A stretch of 38,059 nt of DNA. Source: an uncultured Clostridia bacterium (GTDB taxonomy: Bacteria > Bacillota > Clostridia > TANB77 > CAG-508). How positions within the stretch are numbered: position 1 is the first letter of the stretch; each line of letters starts with the position of its first letter. The notes under the pieces were generated by a model. That model saw nothing but the letters and a program-made list of their open reading frames with translations, made no database searches and was not told the DNA's origin. This document shows positions 9,874 through 20,184 of this stretch, one piece after another. The stretch spans positions 1 through 38,059 of the forward strand of contig CANQEK010000003.1 in the NCBI GenBank assembly GCA_947594985.1. Reading direction: 5' to 3'. Position numbers and translations under genes: made by a program.

Positions 9874-10851
9874 ATGCCAAAATTTTCGATTATTATACCA
9901 TGTTACAATAGTTTTAAATTTATGAATAAATCTTTAGAAAATTTTGAAAATCAAACGTTTAATGATTTTGAATTAGTAATAATAGATGATTGTTCAAAGG
10001 ATGATTCTTATGAAAAATTATTGGAATATAGAAAAAATTCTAAATTAGACATAAAGTTGTTTAAAAATAACACAAATTTAGGACCAGGAGAAACAAGAAA
10101 TGTTGGGTTAAAAAATGCAATAGGTGAATTTGTTTTATTTGTAGATGCAGATGATTATTTAGAAACTACAGCTCTTGAAAAAATACATAATGTTTTAAAT
10201 GAAAATAATAATTGTGATTGTGTATTATATGATTATTATTATAAATCAAATAAAAATGAGTATTATAAAAAAACAGTATCAAAAAATATTTCTGGTAATA
10301 TTTCAAAAAGAGATGCTTTAATTTATACAACAGGAACTACACTAGGAAAAGTATATTTATTAGATAATATTAGAAAAAATAATATTAAATTTCCAAATTT
10401 TAAAAGAAATGAGGATATGCCATTTAATAAAATTGCTATATCAGTATGCGAAGAAATTTATTATTTAAAAGAACCATTATATTTTTATGTAAAAAACAAT
10501 GAATCAATAATGAATAACATTAAAATAATAAATTACGAAAATGCAAATAATGCTTTTAATTTTGTTGAAAGTAAGCTAAAACAAAAATTTCCATATGAGG
10601 TAGAAGCTATATTTATAGTAGAATTTTTATATTCTAGTACAATGACTTTAATGGAAAGAAGAGATAAAACTATTGAAATAAAAAAACATATTGAAGAATG
10701 TGAAAAACGTTATCCAAATTTATATGAAAATGAAGTTATTGAAAATCTTCCGAAACATCAAAAAATTTGTATTAAATTAATTAAAAAGAAAAAAATTTTA
10801 TTATTAAGATTTTTACAATATTTGAGAAATTGGATTAGAAAAAATAGGTAA
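9874..10851 (+). CDS. GT2 glycosyltransferase
   Basis: FSIIIPCYN, IDDCSKD, RNVGL, FVDADD, NED. Confidence 0.9.
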   Translation: MPKFSIIIPCYNSFKFMNKSLENFENQTFNDFELVIIDDCSKDDSYEKLLEYRKNSKLDIKLFKNNTNLGPGETRNVGLKNAIGEFVLFVDADDYLETTALEKIHNVLNENNNCDCVLYDYYYKSNKNEYYKKTVSKNISGNISKRDALIYTTGTTLGKVYLLDNIRKNNIKFPNFKRNEDMPFNKIAISVCEEIYYLKEPLYFYVKNNESIMNNIKIINYENANNAFNFVESKLKQKFPYEVEAIFIVEFLYSSTMTLMERRDKTIEIKKHIEECEKRYPNLYENEVIENLPKHQKICIKLIKKKKILLLRFLQYLRNWIRKNR

Positions 10852-10908
10852 AAAGATTTTAAAAAGTATTTATATTATATTTAAATTTAAAAAATATAGG
10901 AGATAAAA

Positions 10909-12114
10909 ATGATATATACAACTGTAATTTATGGAACTACATTTTTAATATCACTGTTATTCTGTAAAATATATGAAAAAAAACAAGAAACGTTAAGTAT
11001 TATAAAAAAGATTTTATTAATTATTGGAATATTAATTCCACCGATTTTACTTGCCACTTTAAGATATGGAGTTGGTTATGATTATTATGATTATATACGT
11101 AGTTATTCTATGCTTCCTAAGCCAATTTCAATTAATGGGATAATTATTAATTATTCAAAAGAACCATTATTTTTTGCTATTTCTTCTTTAGCATATTTGT
11201 TAAGTGGTAATTTTGTAGGTATGTTTTGGTTACATTCTATAGTTTTTATATTCTTTATTTTTGAAGGAATAAGATATTATGAAGATAAAATTTCAATAAC
11301 TCTTGCTTTACTTATTTTTTATTTAACTTATTATTTAGTGTTTTTTAATCCATTTAGACAGATGATAGCTGTTGCAATAATATTATTTGCATCTAGATAC
11401 TTATTTGAAAAAAAATTCTGGAAGTATTTATTTTGGGTTATAGTAGCAGGATTATATCATAAAACCGCATATGTAATGATATTTTTATATTTACTAACAT
11501 TTAAATTGGATTCAAAAAAAATAAGTAGATTTTTTTATTTAATGGTATTTATTTCACCATTATTTATATACCCTTTTCTTAAATTAGTAGTATATATAAA
11601 TAGAAAGTTAGTAATTTTTGGAGCATATTCAGTTTTTGATGTTAATTTTAATATTTCATTTTTATTGTATATTTTACCAGTATTATTATTTATTTGGTTT
11701 TATAGAAAAAAATTATTACAATCAGATATTAGAAATGAAATTTTTATAAGAATTGTCTTTTTACAAATACCAGCACAATTTGCGGGGTGTTTTATAGAAT
11801 ATTCTGATAGAATGGCTCTTTATTTTGGAATTTTCCAAATAATATTAATATCTGCAATTGTTAAATTGCCTACAGATATTAAATTTGATATTAAATTTCC
11901 AACTATAAAAAATAATTTATTTTTTTATAAGATAATAAATTTTATATATAGAATTTTAAATAATAAAAAATGTCAATTATTTATAATTATTTCATGGTAT
12001 GTTTTTTATTATTTTGTTTTATATATCTTAATGAATTCAAATGGAGTTTATCCATATAAAACTATATTTGAAATGAATGAATTCCCAATAGATAAAGTTT
12101 TAAGGAAAGGTTAA
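10909..12114 (+). CDS. wzy: EpsG-family polysaccharide polymerase (Wzy)
   Basis: LRYGVGYDY, EPLF, RQMIAVAI, YHKTA and a C-terminal PYKT, multi-TM. Confidence 0.8.
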   Translation: MIYTTVIYGTTFLISLLFCKIYEKKQETLSIIKKILLIIGILIPPILLATLRYGVGYDYYDYIRSYSMLPKPISINGIIINYSKEPLFFAISSLAYLLSGNFVGMFWLHSIVFIFFIFEGIRYYEDKISITLALLIFYLTYYLVFFNPFRQMIAVAIILFASRYLFEKKFWKYLFWVIVAGLYHKTAYVMIFLYLLTFKLDSKKISRFFYLMVFISPLFIYPFLKLVVYINRKLVIFGAYSVFDVNFNISFLLYILPVLLFIWFYRKKLLQSDIRNEIFIRIVFLQIPAQFAGCFIEYSDRMALYFGIFQIILISAIVKLPTDIKFDIKFPTIKNNLFFYKIINFIYRILNNKKCQLFIIISWYVFYYFVLYILMNSNGVYPYKTIFEMNEFPIDKVLRKG

Positions 12115-12116
12115 AA

Positions 12117-13052
12117 ATGAAATTTAGTATTATAATTCCAGTATATAATGTTGAAAAATATATTTCAAAATGCTTAGAAAGTGTGGTTAATCAAACATAT
12201 AAAAATTTCGAGGCTATTATTATAAATGATGGAACACTTGATAATTCTCAAGAAATAATAGATAAATTTGTTAAGTTATATCCAAATATTTTTAAATCTT
12301 TTATAAAGAAAAATGGTGGACTTTCAGACGCTAGAAATTTTGGAATAAAATATGCAAAAGGTGAGTATTTAGTTTTTTTGGATTCAGATGATTTTATTGA
12401 TAGTAATTATTTAGAAGAACTTAACAAAGCAATTAATGAAAATGAAAAAGTTGATTTAATTAGAGTATCAATTAAGTCTAATGATTCAAGTTATAATATG
12501 TTGTCTAAAGAAAAATTTGATTATAAAGTAATAAGTGGACAAGAAGCATTTATCTATTTAAGAGAAAAAAGAATTTGTATAGAGACAGTATGTTCCTATT
12601 GTGTGAGACTTGATTTTTGGAAAAAAAATGATTTCAAATTTTCAAAAGGTAAATATCATGAAGATTTTGGAATTATGTTAATAGTTTTATTAAAAGCTAA
12701 AAAGGTAGTTATAATTAACACTTTATGTTATAATTATATAATTAGAGAAAATAGTATTATGACAGATAAAGATTATAAAAAAAAGATAAAAAGAGTTTAT
12801 GATAAATTAGAATATTATGATAATATTTTAAAAGAGATAGACAATATTAAAAATATTTCTAAAAAAGCTAAAAATATATGTAAAGAATATATTTCAACAG
12901 CAGTTTGTGAAAGTATGAAAATAATTGAAGGACAAGAATTACAAGAATATAAAAGAGAATTAAGAAAAAGAAAAGTAATAAAGAATATAAAATGTAATTC
13001 ATATAGAAATATAGCAAAAAAAATTATATATTCATTAAAAATATATTTATAG
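12117..13052 (+). CDS. GT2 glycosyltransferase
   Basis: FSIIIPVYNVEKYI, INDGTLD, NGGLSDARN, FLDSDD, YHED. Confidence 0.92.
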   Translation: MKFSIIIPVYNVEKYISKCLESVVNQTYKNFEAIIINDGTLDNSQEIIDKFVKLYPNIFKSFIKKNGGLSDARNFGIKYAKGEYLVFLDSDDFIDSNYLEELNKAINENEKVDLIRVSIKSNDSSYNMLSKEKFDYKVISGQEAFIYLREKRICIETVCSYCVRLDFWKKNDFKFSKGKYHEDFGIMLIVLLKAKKVVIINTLCYNYIIRENSIMTDKDYKKKIKRVYDKLEYYDNILKEIDNIKNISKKAKNICKEYISTAVCESMKIIEGQELQEYKRELRKRKVIKNIKCNSYRNIAKKIIYSLKIYL

Positions 13053-13061
13053 GAGGACATA

Positions 13062-14093
13062 ATGCTAAAATTAATACAGTGCATTATATGGTTAATAATT
13101 ATACCATTAATACTTGGTATGATACCTAGTTATTTTATAAAAAAAGAAAAAAATAATATTTTATATTGTTTCTTTATGGGATATGTAATTCAATTTGCTG
13201 TATTACAACTAATCTCAATTCCAATGATATACACGTATTGCAAGTTAACTACAGTAATATTTGTTTTTTGTAGTATAATTTGCATTTTAGTAATAACTGC
13301 TATTTACATAAATAGAAAAAATTTAAAAGATTTTTTAAAATCAAATTTTGAACATATAAAGAAATTACCAGTATCTACAATTTTTGTTGTATTAATAGTA
13401 TTAATACAAATATCTGCGTTATTAATATTTGCACATATAGATGAGGATGATTCTGTTTATGTTGCTACTGCAACAACTATGATACATACTAATACTTTAT
13501 ATGAATATACCGCACTTGAGGGGTATTTATATGAAATATTTCCTGTGAGATATGTTTTAGCTCCATTTCCAATCTATACAGCAATTATTTCTAAATTAAC
13601 AGATATACATCCTGCTATTATTGCACACACAATATTTCCAGTAATTTTTATAATGCTTGCTTATTTTGTATATGCATTAATTGGTAGTAAACTATTTAAA
13701 AATGATATAAAATCAGTAAATTTATTTTTGATAATATTAAGTATACTTTATATATGGGGAAATTATTCAATAAGATCAAATTTTTCATTTCTGTTAATGA
13801 GAATATGGCAAGGAAAAGCTATGTTAGCTAATATTTGGATACCAGCAATTTTATTTATATTTTATGATTGTATTTCAGATAACGAAAATAAAATAGCATG
13901 GATTTTCCTATTTATAACTATGCTTTCAAGTTGTTTATTAACTCAAATGTCATTAGCATTAGCTCCTATGACATTAGGTATAATTTCTTTAGTATTTGCA
14001 ATAAGGGAAAAGAAAATTAGTTATATAATTAAATCAGGTATTTGCTGTTTGCCATGCATTACTTATATGATTATGTATTTAATAATCAAATAA
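13062..14093 (+). CDS. Multi-TM membrane protein, DUF6077-like, possibly GT-C related
   Basis: SD AGGAGG. Acidic loop DEDDSVY after the N-terminal TMs, plus RIWQGKA. The family name is from recall. Confidence 0.55.
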   Translation: MLKLIQCIIWLIIIPLILGMIPSYFIKKEKNNILYCFFMGYVIQFAVLQLISIPMIYTYCKLTTVIFVFCSIICILVITAIYINRKNLKDFLKSNFEHIKKLPVSTIFVVLIVLIQISALLIFAHIDEDDSVYVATATTMIHTNTLYEYTALEGYLYEIFPVRYVLAPFPIYTAIISKLTDIHPAIIAHTIFPVIFIMLAYFVYALIGSKLFKNDIKSVNLFLIILSILYIWGNYSIRSNFSFLLMRIWQGKAMLANIWIPAILFIFYDCISDNENKIAWIFLFITMLSSCLLTQMSLALAPMTLGIISLVFAIREKKISYIIKSGICCLPCITYMIMYLIIK

Positions 14094-14108
14094 TAAAAGG
14101 AGTTAAAA

Positions 14109-14861
14109 ATGTTTTCTGAAAGTGTTGAAATAATAAAAAGATGTTATGAAGAATATAAAGGTTCAGGAATGTATCTGGCATTATTTTTTGTTGCATTAAT
14201 ATACGTTTTTTTAAGAGAAGAAAATAAAAATATAAAAACTTTTTTTGGCTATTATTCTATAGCAGTATTGCTATTTATTTTAAATCCTTTGTTTAATAAA
14301 ATTGTTAATCCTTTTATAAATATAAATATTTATTGGAGAATGTTTTGGTTACTTCCAGTTGGATTTGCAATTTCATATGTAGCAGTTAAATTAATTCAAG
14401 AGAGAAATAAAAAATCTCAGAAAATATTGCTATTTGTAGCTATTTGTTTAATCATTATTTCGAGTGGAAAATTAGTTTATAATAAAGATAATTTTAAATT
14501 TACTAATAACTTATATAAGTTACCAGATGAAGCAAAAACTATTGCATATTTAATAGTTCAAGATGATACAGATTATAAAAAAGTTATGCTTCCAGAAACA
14601 TTAGTTTCTTACATAAGACAAATAAGTCCTGAAATAGAATTAAAATATGGTAGACAGCCTATAAATTATGATGGTAATATACTTTTAAGAGAATTAAAAA
14701 CAGGAAATGTAGAATATGTTACTCAAAAATGTAAAGAAACAAATTGTAATTATATAATTTTTTCAAGAGATGTTTCTTTAAGTATATCTCCAAAATATTT
14801 TGGATATGAAATATTTGCACAAACTGAAAATTATGATATATATAAATTAATAAAAGAATAA
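14109..14861 (+). CDS. Hypothetical membrane protein, partner of the upstream gene
   Basis: SD AGGAG. Several TMs including YWRMFWLLP, followed by a soluble C-terminal domain. Confidence 0.6.
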   Translation: MFSESVEIIKRCYEEYKGSGMYLALFFVALIYVFLREENKNIKTFFGYYSIAVLLFILNPLFNKIVNPFININIYWRMFWLLPVGFAISYVAVKLIQERNKKSQKILLFVAICLIIISSGKLVYNKDNFKFTNNLYKLPDEAKTIAYLIVQDDTDYKKVMLPETLVSYIRQISPEIELKYGRQPINYDGNILLRELKTGNVEYVTQKCKETNCNYIIFSRDVSLSISPKYFGYEIFAQTENYDIYKLIKE

Positions 14862-14903
14862 TTTAATAAGCATTGATATAAATGTTGTATTGGAGGAAAA
14901 AGC

Positions 14904-17601
14904 TTGGTGTCAAAAGAAAATTCAATTATAAAAGTACCTAAAAAACGTAAAAATATATATTTACGGATATACTTTACTTTTTATTTTTATATCTTTATTT
15001 ATATTTTTATTGATTTTTATATTAAACAAAACATTAATAAATTATGCTGGAGATGGATTTATACAACATTTTAGTATATATGTATATTTAAAAAAATTTT
15101 ATCAAGACATTCTAAAAAATTTATTTAATTTCAAAACAATAAAGATGATTGATTTTTCAATCGGTTCTGGTTTTGATATTTTAACAACTTTAAACTATTA
15201 TGGATATGGAGATCCATTTAGTTTAATTATGATATTTTTTAAAAATGAGACTATAGCTTATAATTTATTAAGTATTGTAAGATTATATTTTGCCGGATTA
15301 TCAATAATGTATTTTATAAAAGTTAAATATAAAAATACAAAGGATATATATACGATAATATGTGGATTATGTTATGCTTTTTCAGGTTTTGCAATATATG
15401 CATTAAAAACTCATTCTTATTTTATTAATTCATTAATTTTTTTACCTTTAATTTTGGCTGGAATAGAAATTTATCAAGAATCAGGTAAGAAAAAAGTATT
15501 AATAATAAGTGTAGCAGTATCTTTTATAAGTAATTTTTATTTTGCATATATGCTTACATTGATAGCTATTCTTTATGTTATTTTTAAATTAATTTATAGT
15601 ATTAAAGCTAAAAAATTTAAAGAAGATTTTATAATAAATGTTAAATTAGCTATAGTTTATTTAGAAGGAATTTTGTTATCTTCTATTGTTTTAATACCTG
15701 TTATTTATGCCTTTTTTAATAATGCACGAAATGTATCAGATATCGTAGGCTATACAAAATCATTATTTTTATATAACTTATCATATTATAAAGATTTATT
15801 TACAAGTTTAGTCTATAAAGCTGAAAGTGCAAATATGTGGAGCGTTCTTTGCCTTGGAGAAATTACATTTATATCATATATATTCTTATTTAAAAATAAA
15901 GAAAATTCAAAATATAAAATAGTATTATTACTTATTTTTGGTGGATTATTAGTTCCACTGGTAGGAAAAGTTTTTAATGGCTTTTCATATGTAACTAATA
16001 GATGGTCTTTTGTTTTAGCTATTATTAATACAATTATTATATTAAAATATTTACCTAAAATAATTAATATTGATAAATCTCAAATAAAAAATATTTTTAT
16101 CATTTATGGAATATATGTTTTGATAACAGTAATAATGATTTTATTTAATAGTACAAGCGATATAAAACAATTATTATATAAAATAGCAAATATAAGTGTT
16201 AACATAGCATTATTTATTGCAACAATTGTAGCTTTGATAATAATAAGCAAAATTAATAAAAAGTATGGAGAAAAAGTAGCAGAATATACAATGCTTGGAT
16301 TAGTTACATGTTCAAGTATAGTAAGTATTATAACGCTTATAGTACCAAATATATTTAATTTTGCAAGTAGCGATATATTAGATAACAAAATAAAAGATGA
16401 AATACAAGATAATGGTTTTTATAGAGTAGAACAAAATGATGATGATACTCCTAATTATTCTTTATTATTATATAATAAAGAATATAATAATACGTATTAT
16501 TATAGCCTGATTTATAAAAATATAGAGAATTATTATAATTTATTGGGATTAAGCAAAATGAAATTAAAGCATAGAGTAGATGGGTTAGATGATAGAGTTT
16601 CCTTGCTTTCACTTTCAAGTGTAAAATATTATAGAGGTACTCCAAACAGTATGATTCCATATGGATTTAATTTAGTTAGTGAAAAAGAAAATTATAATAT
16701 ATACGAAAATTCTAATTATTTATCATTAGGATATCTATTAGATACATTTATTTATAGAGAAGAGTTTGAAAAATTATCACCAATACAAAAGGATCAAGCA
16801 TTATTACAAACAACTATAGTAGAAAAAAATACAAAAATTAGTCAAGAAATTAAACATAATGATAATTTGGAATATAATATTGCTGATTTTAATGTAGTCC
16901 AGAAAAATGAAAATGATAAAATAAAATTGACAGAAAATTCAATTATTGTAAATGATAAAACTCAGTCTTTAGAATTAGAATTTGATGGAAAAGAAAATTC
17001 AGAAAATTATTTAATAATAAATAATCCAAAATGGAATTCAAATAGTAGTGAAATATCTGTTAAAATTTATATTGGGGACAAAGAAAAAAGATTTTTTATA
17101 AGAAATGAAGAAGATAATTTTTATTTTGATAGACAATATATTGCAATTAATTTAGGATGTTTAAAAGAAAAAGTTAATAATTGTAAAATAACTTTTGGCG
17201 GAATAGGAGTATTATCATTTGATTCTCTTTATATATCTTGTAGTGATATGAATTTATATCAGCAAAATATAGATAAGTTAAAAAATAATACTATGCAGAA
17301 TGTAAAAGTTGATATAAATACAATTACTGGTAATATATCAACAGATAAAAAAGCAATTTTACAACTGTCTATACCATATAGCAAAGGATGGAAAGCATTT
17401 GTTGATAACAAAGAGACTGAAATATTTGAAACAGATATTATGTTTACAGGAATAGAGTTAGAGAAAGGTAATCATCAAATAAAACTTGTTTATGAAACTC
17501 CTTATTTAAAGATAGGTATTCTTATTTCAAGTTTAACAGTTATTTTTTTAGTGGCGGAATATATAGTAAAAAAGTATTATTTGAAATCAATTCAAAAATG
17601 A
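14904..17601 (+). CDS. YfhO-family GT-C membrane protein, about 898 aa, needing a +1 frame change at CGG 14964
   Basis: SD GGAGG plus TTG/GTG start at 14904/14907. Motifs GDGFIQH, YYGYGDPF, SNFYFAYM, FNGFSYVTNRWSF, SIPYSKGWKAFVD, GNHQIKLVYETPYL. Confidence 0.85.
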
Positions 17602-17735
17602 AAAATAATTAGTATGATATAATAGTTATAAAATTATCAGAAGATTAGATTAAAATAATATCTCAAAATATAAGAAAATAGTATTAGGAAAAAATAAAAA
17701 TTTAATAATAATTATAATCTAAATAGGAGGGGTTA

Positions 17736-18380
17736 ATGAAAATTATAGCAGTTATGCCAATAAAATTAAATAACGAAAGACTACCTGGAAAAAATACAAA
17801 AATTCTAGGAGATAAACCACTACTTCAATATGAACTTGAAAATCTTAAAAAAACTAATCTTTTAGAAAGTATAAATGTTTTTTGTAGTAATGAAGAAATT
17901 ATTAGTTTTTTACCAAAAGGAATTAATTTTATAAAAAGACCGGAATATTTAGATTTACCTACTTCAAATTTTACACAGATTTTTGAAGAGTTTTCAAAAT
18001 TAATAGATGCAGATATATATGTTTATGCACATGCAACAGCACCGTTTATAACAATTAAAACAATGAAGGAATGTATTGAAGCTGTAAAATCTGGATTTTT
18101 TGATTCAGCTTTTTGTGCTTCAAAGATTCAAGATTATTTATGGCAAGATGGAGAACCATTAAACTTTGACGCTACTAATGTACCAAGAAGTCAAGATTTA
18201 AAAGTTATATATAGGGAAACATCGGGAATTTATGTTTTCACTAAAGAAGTTTTTAAAAAATATCATAGACGTATTGGTAAGAAACCGTTTGTTAAAGAAG
18301 TCTCTTTTAAAGAAGCTGTTGATATAAATAATCCAGAAGATTTTGATTTGGCTGAAGCTCTAGTTAATGTTAATATATAG
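17736..18380 (+). CDS. Acylneuraminate/ulosonate cytidylyltransferase family protein, copy 1
   Basis: PIKLNNERLPGKN, HATAPF, PRSQDL, ETSGIY, VDINNPEDF. Confidence 0.85.
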   Translation: MKIIAVMPIKLNNERLPGKNTKILGDKPLLQYELENLKKTNLLESINVFCSNEEIISFLPKGINFIKRPEYLDLPTSNFTQIFEEFSKLIDADIYVYAHATAPFITIKTMKECIEAVKSGFFDSAFCASKIQDYLWQDGEPLNFDATNVPRSQDLKVIYRETSGIYVFTKEVFKKYHRRIGKKPFVKEVSFKEAVDINNPEDFDLAEALVNVNI

Positions 18381-18398
18381 AAAATGGAGGAATTGAAA

Positions 18399-19991
18399 AT
18401 GAATAGTTTAAAAGTTCTAGATGTTACTTTAAGAGATGGTGGGTGTGTAAATAATTTTAATTTTGGACAAGCATATATGGAAAAAATTTTAGATGCTCAA
18501 GAGAAGTCAGGTGTTGATATTATTGAATTAGGATATATTGATGAAAATAAAGGATCTGAAAGTGAAAGAACACAATATATAAATGAAGAAGTTATTCCAA
18601 AATGCATTTTAAAACATAAGAAAAATGGAGTGAAGTATGTTGCAATGATGGATTATGGAAAATTTAATGTAGACAAGTTACATAAAAGAACTCCAGAAGG
18701 TATAGATGGAATAAGAATGGCATTTCACAAAAAGGATAGACTAAAGGCGATAGAATTAGGAAAAAAAATTATTGAAAAAGGATATGAATTTTATATTCAA
18801 CCTATGATTACATTAAGATATACAGACAACGAATTATTAGAATTGATTGAATTAGTAAATAAAGAAATGCCAAACGCTTCAGCTTTTTATATAGTTGATA
18901 GTTTTGGTGAAATGAGAACTAATGATATGAATAGAATATTAAATTTAGTTGATCATAATTTAATATCTACAATGGCTTTAGGCTATCATTCTCATAATAA
19001 TTTACAATTATCGTATTCAAATGCTATTGCTTTTATACAATTTCCAACAAATAGAAACTTAATGTTAGATAGTTCTATTATGGGAATGGGAAAAGGAGCT
19101 GGAAATTTAAATACAGAAATACTATTGGAACATTTAAATCTTTATTATGGAAAGAATTATAATATCAGTCCATTATTAGAAGTAATAGATAAAGTGATAA
19201 ATCAACTTCATTCGGAATTTTATTGGGGATATGCTGTGGAATACTATTTATCATCTGCAAACCATTGTACTCCAAGTTATGCAAGCCATTTTTATAATAA
19301 ACATATGTTACCTATTGATCAAGTTGGAGAAATTTTAAGTATGATATCCGAAGAAAAGAAAATTTCTTTTGATAAAGAATATGCAGAAGAATTATATCTT
19401 AAATATAATGAAAGTAAATCAGTTGATGATACTAAAGCTGTTGAAGAATTAAAAAAAGAATTTAACGATAAAAAAATACTACTAGTTGCTCCAGGTAAAT
19501 CTATAATAGAAAATGAAGAAAAAATAAAAGACTTGATGAAAGATGATAATGTTATTACTATTAGTTTAAATGTTACTATGGATTTGGATTTTGATTATAT
19601 TTTAACAACCAGAAAAGATATATATGAAGATGTTGTAAAAAAAGAAAAAAATGTAATTGCAACATCAAGTGTATCAAAAGGTGGTCGTGGAAATGTAAAA
19701 ATATTGAATTATCAAAATTGGATTAATAAAGAAGAAAACATAGTATATGATTCATCAGCTGTAATAATATTAAATTTATTAAGAAAATGTAATATTAAGA
19801 AAATTCTATTTGCTGGATTTGATGGTTTTTCTGCTGATATAAATGAAAACTATTATGATATTACAATGCGTCAACCTGTAAATCCCCAACAAGTTAATAA
19901 AAGAAATGTGTATTATACGAAATTGATAAATAGTTTAAAAGAAGAAGGAAAACAAATTTCATTTATAACACCTTCTAAATATGAAAAATGA
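18399..19991 (+). CDS. HMGL-like (DRE-TIM) pyruvate aldolase with an extra C-terminal domain
   Basis: LDVTLRDGG, IVDSFG, GYHSHNNLQL, GMGKGAGNLNTE, C-terminal APGKS and AGFDGF. SD GGAGG favours ATG 18399 over 18384. Confidence 0.8.
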   Translation: MNSLKVLDVTLRDGGCVNNFNFGQAYMEKILDAQEKSGVDIIELGYIDENKGSESERTQYINEEVIPKCILKHKKNGVKYVAMMDYGKFNVDKLHKRTPEGIDGIRMAFHKKDRLKAIELGKKIIEKGYEFYIQPMITLRYTDNELLELIELVNKEMPNASAFYIVDSFGEMRTNDMNRILNLVDHNLISTMALGYHSHNNLQLSYSNAIAFIQFPTNRNLMLDSSIMGMGKGAGNLNTEILLEHLNLYYGKNYNISPLLEVIDKVINQLHSEFYWGYAVEYYLSSANHCTPSYASHFYNKHMLPIDQVGEILSMISEEKKISFDKEYAEELYLKYNESKSVDDTKAVEELKKEFNDKKILLVAPGKSIIENEEKIKDLMKDDNVITISLNVTMDLDFDYILTTRKDIYEDVVKKEKNVIATSSVSKGGRGNVKILNYQNWINKEENIVYDSSAVIILNLLRKCNIKKILFAGFDGFSADINENYYDITMRQPVNPQQVNKRNVYYTKLINSLKEEGKQISFITPSKYEK

Positions 19992-20140
19992 ACAGAAGAA
20001 GAAACAAAAGAATGGATAAGTGTAACATATATTCAGGGGAAAAAGTGCAAATAGATATAAAATATGTGACAATAAAATGTTTAACACAAGAATTAAAAGA
20101 AATGAAAAATGTTATTAAATATATTGAATTTGACGTTTAA
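19988..20140 (+). pseudogene. Probable degraded DDE transposase (IS481-like) fragment
   Basis: Translates to YSGEKVQIDIKYV..KCL, which resembles the PGEKVQIDVKYVP segment around the first catalytic Asp. It is short and has no IS ends. Confidence 0.4.
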
Positions 20141-20184
20141 TAATGATATATGTATTTTATAAAAATAACGGAGTAGAAATATAA

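Noticed and set aside
14085-14112. A sixth frameshift joining 13062-14093 and 14109-14861
   Set aside because: There is a clean TAA TAA stop, no CGG, and a separate SD AGGAG with ATG, so these are two genuine genes.
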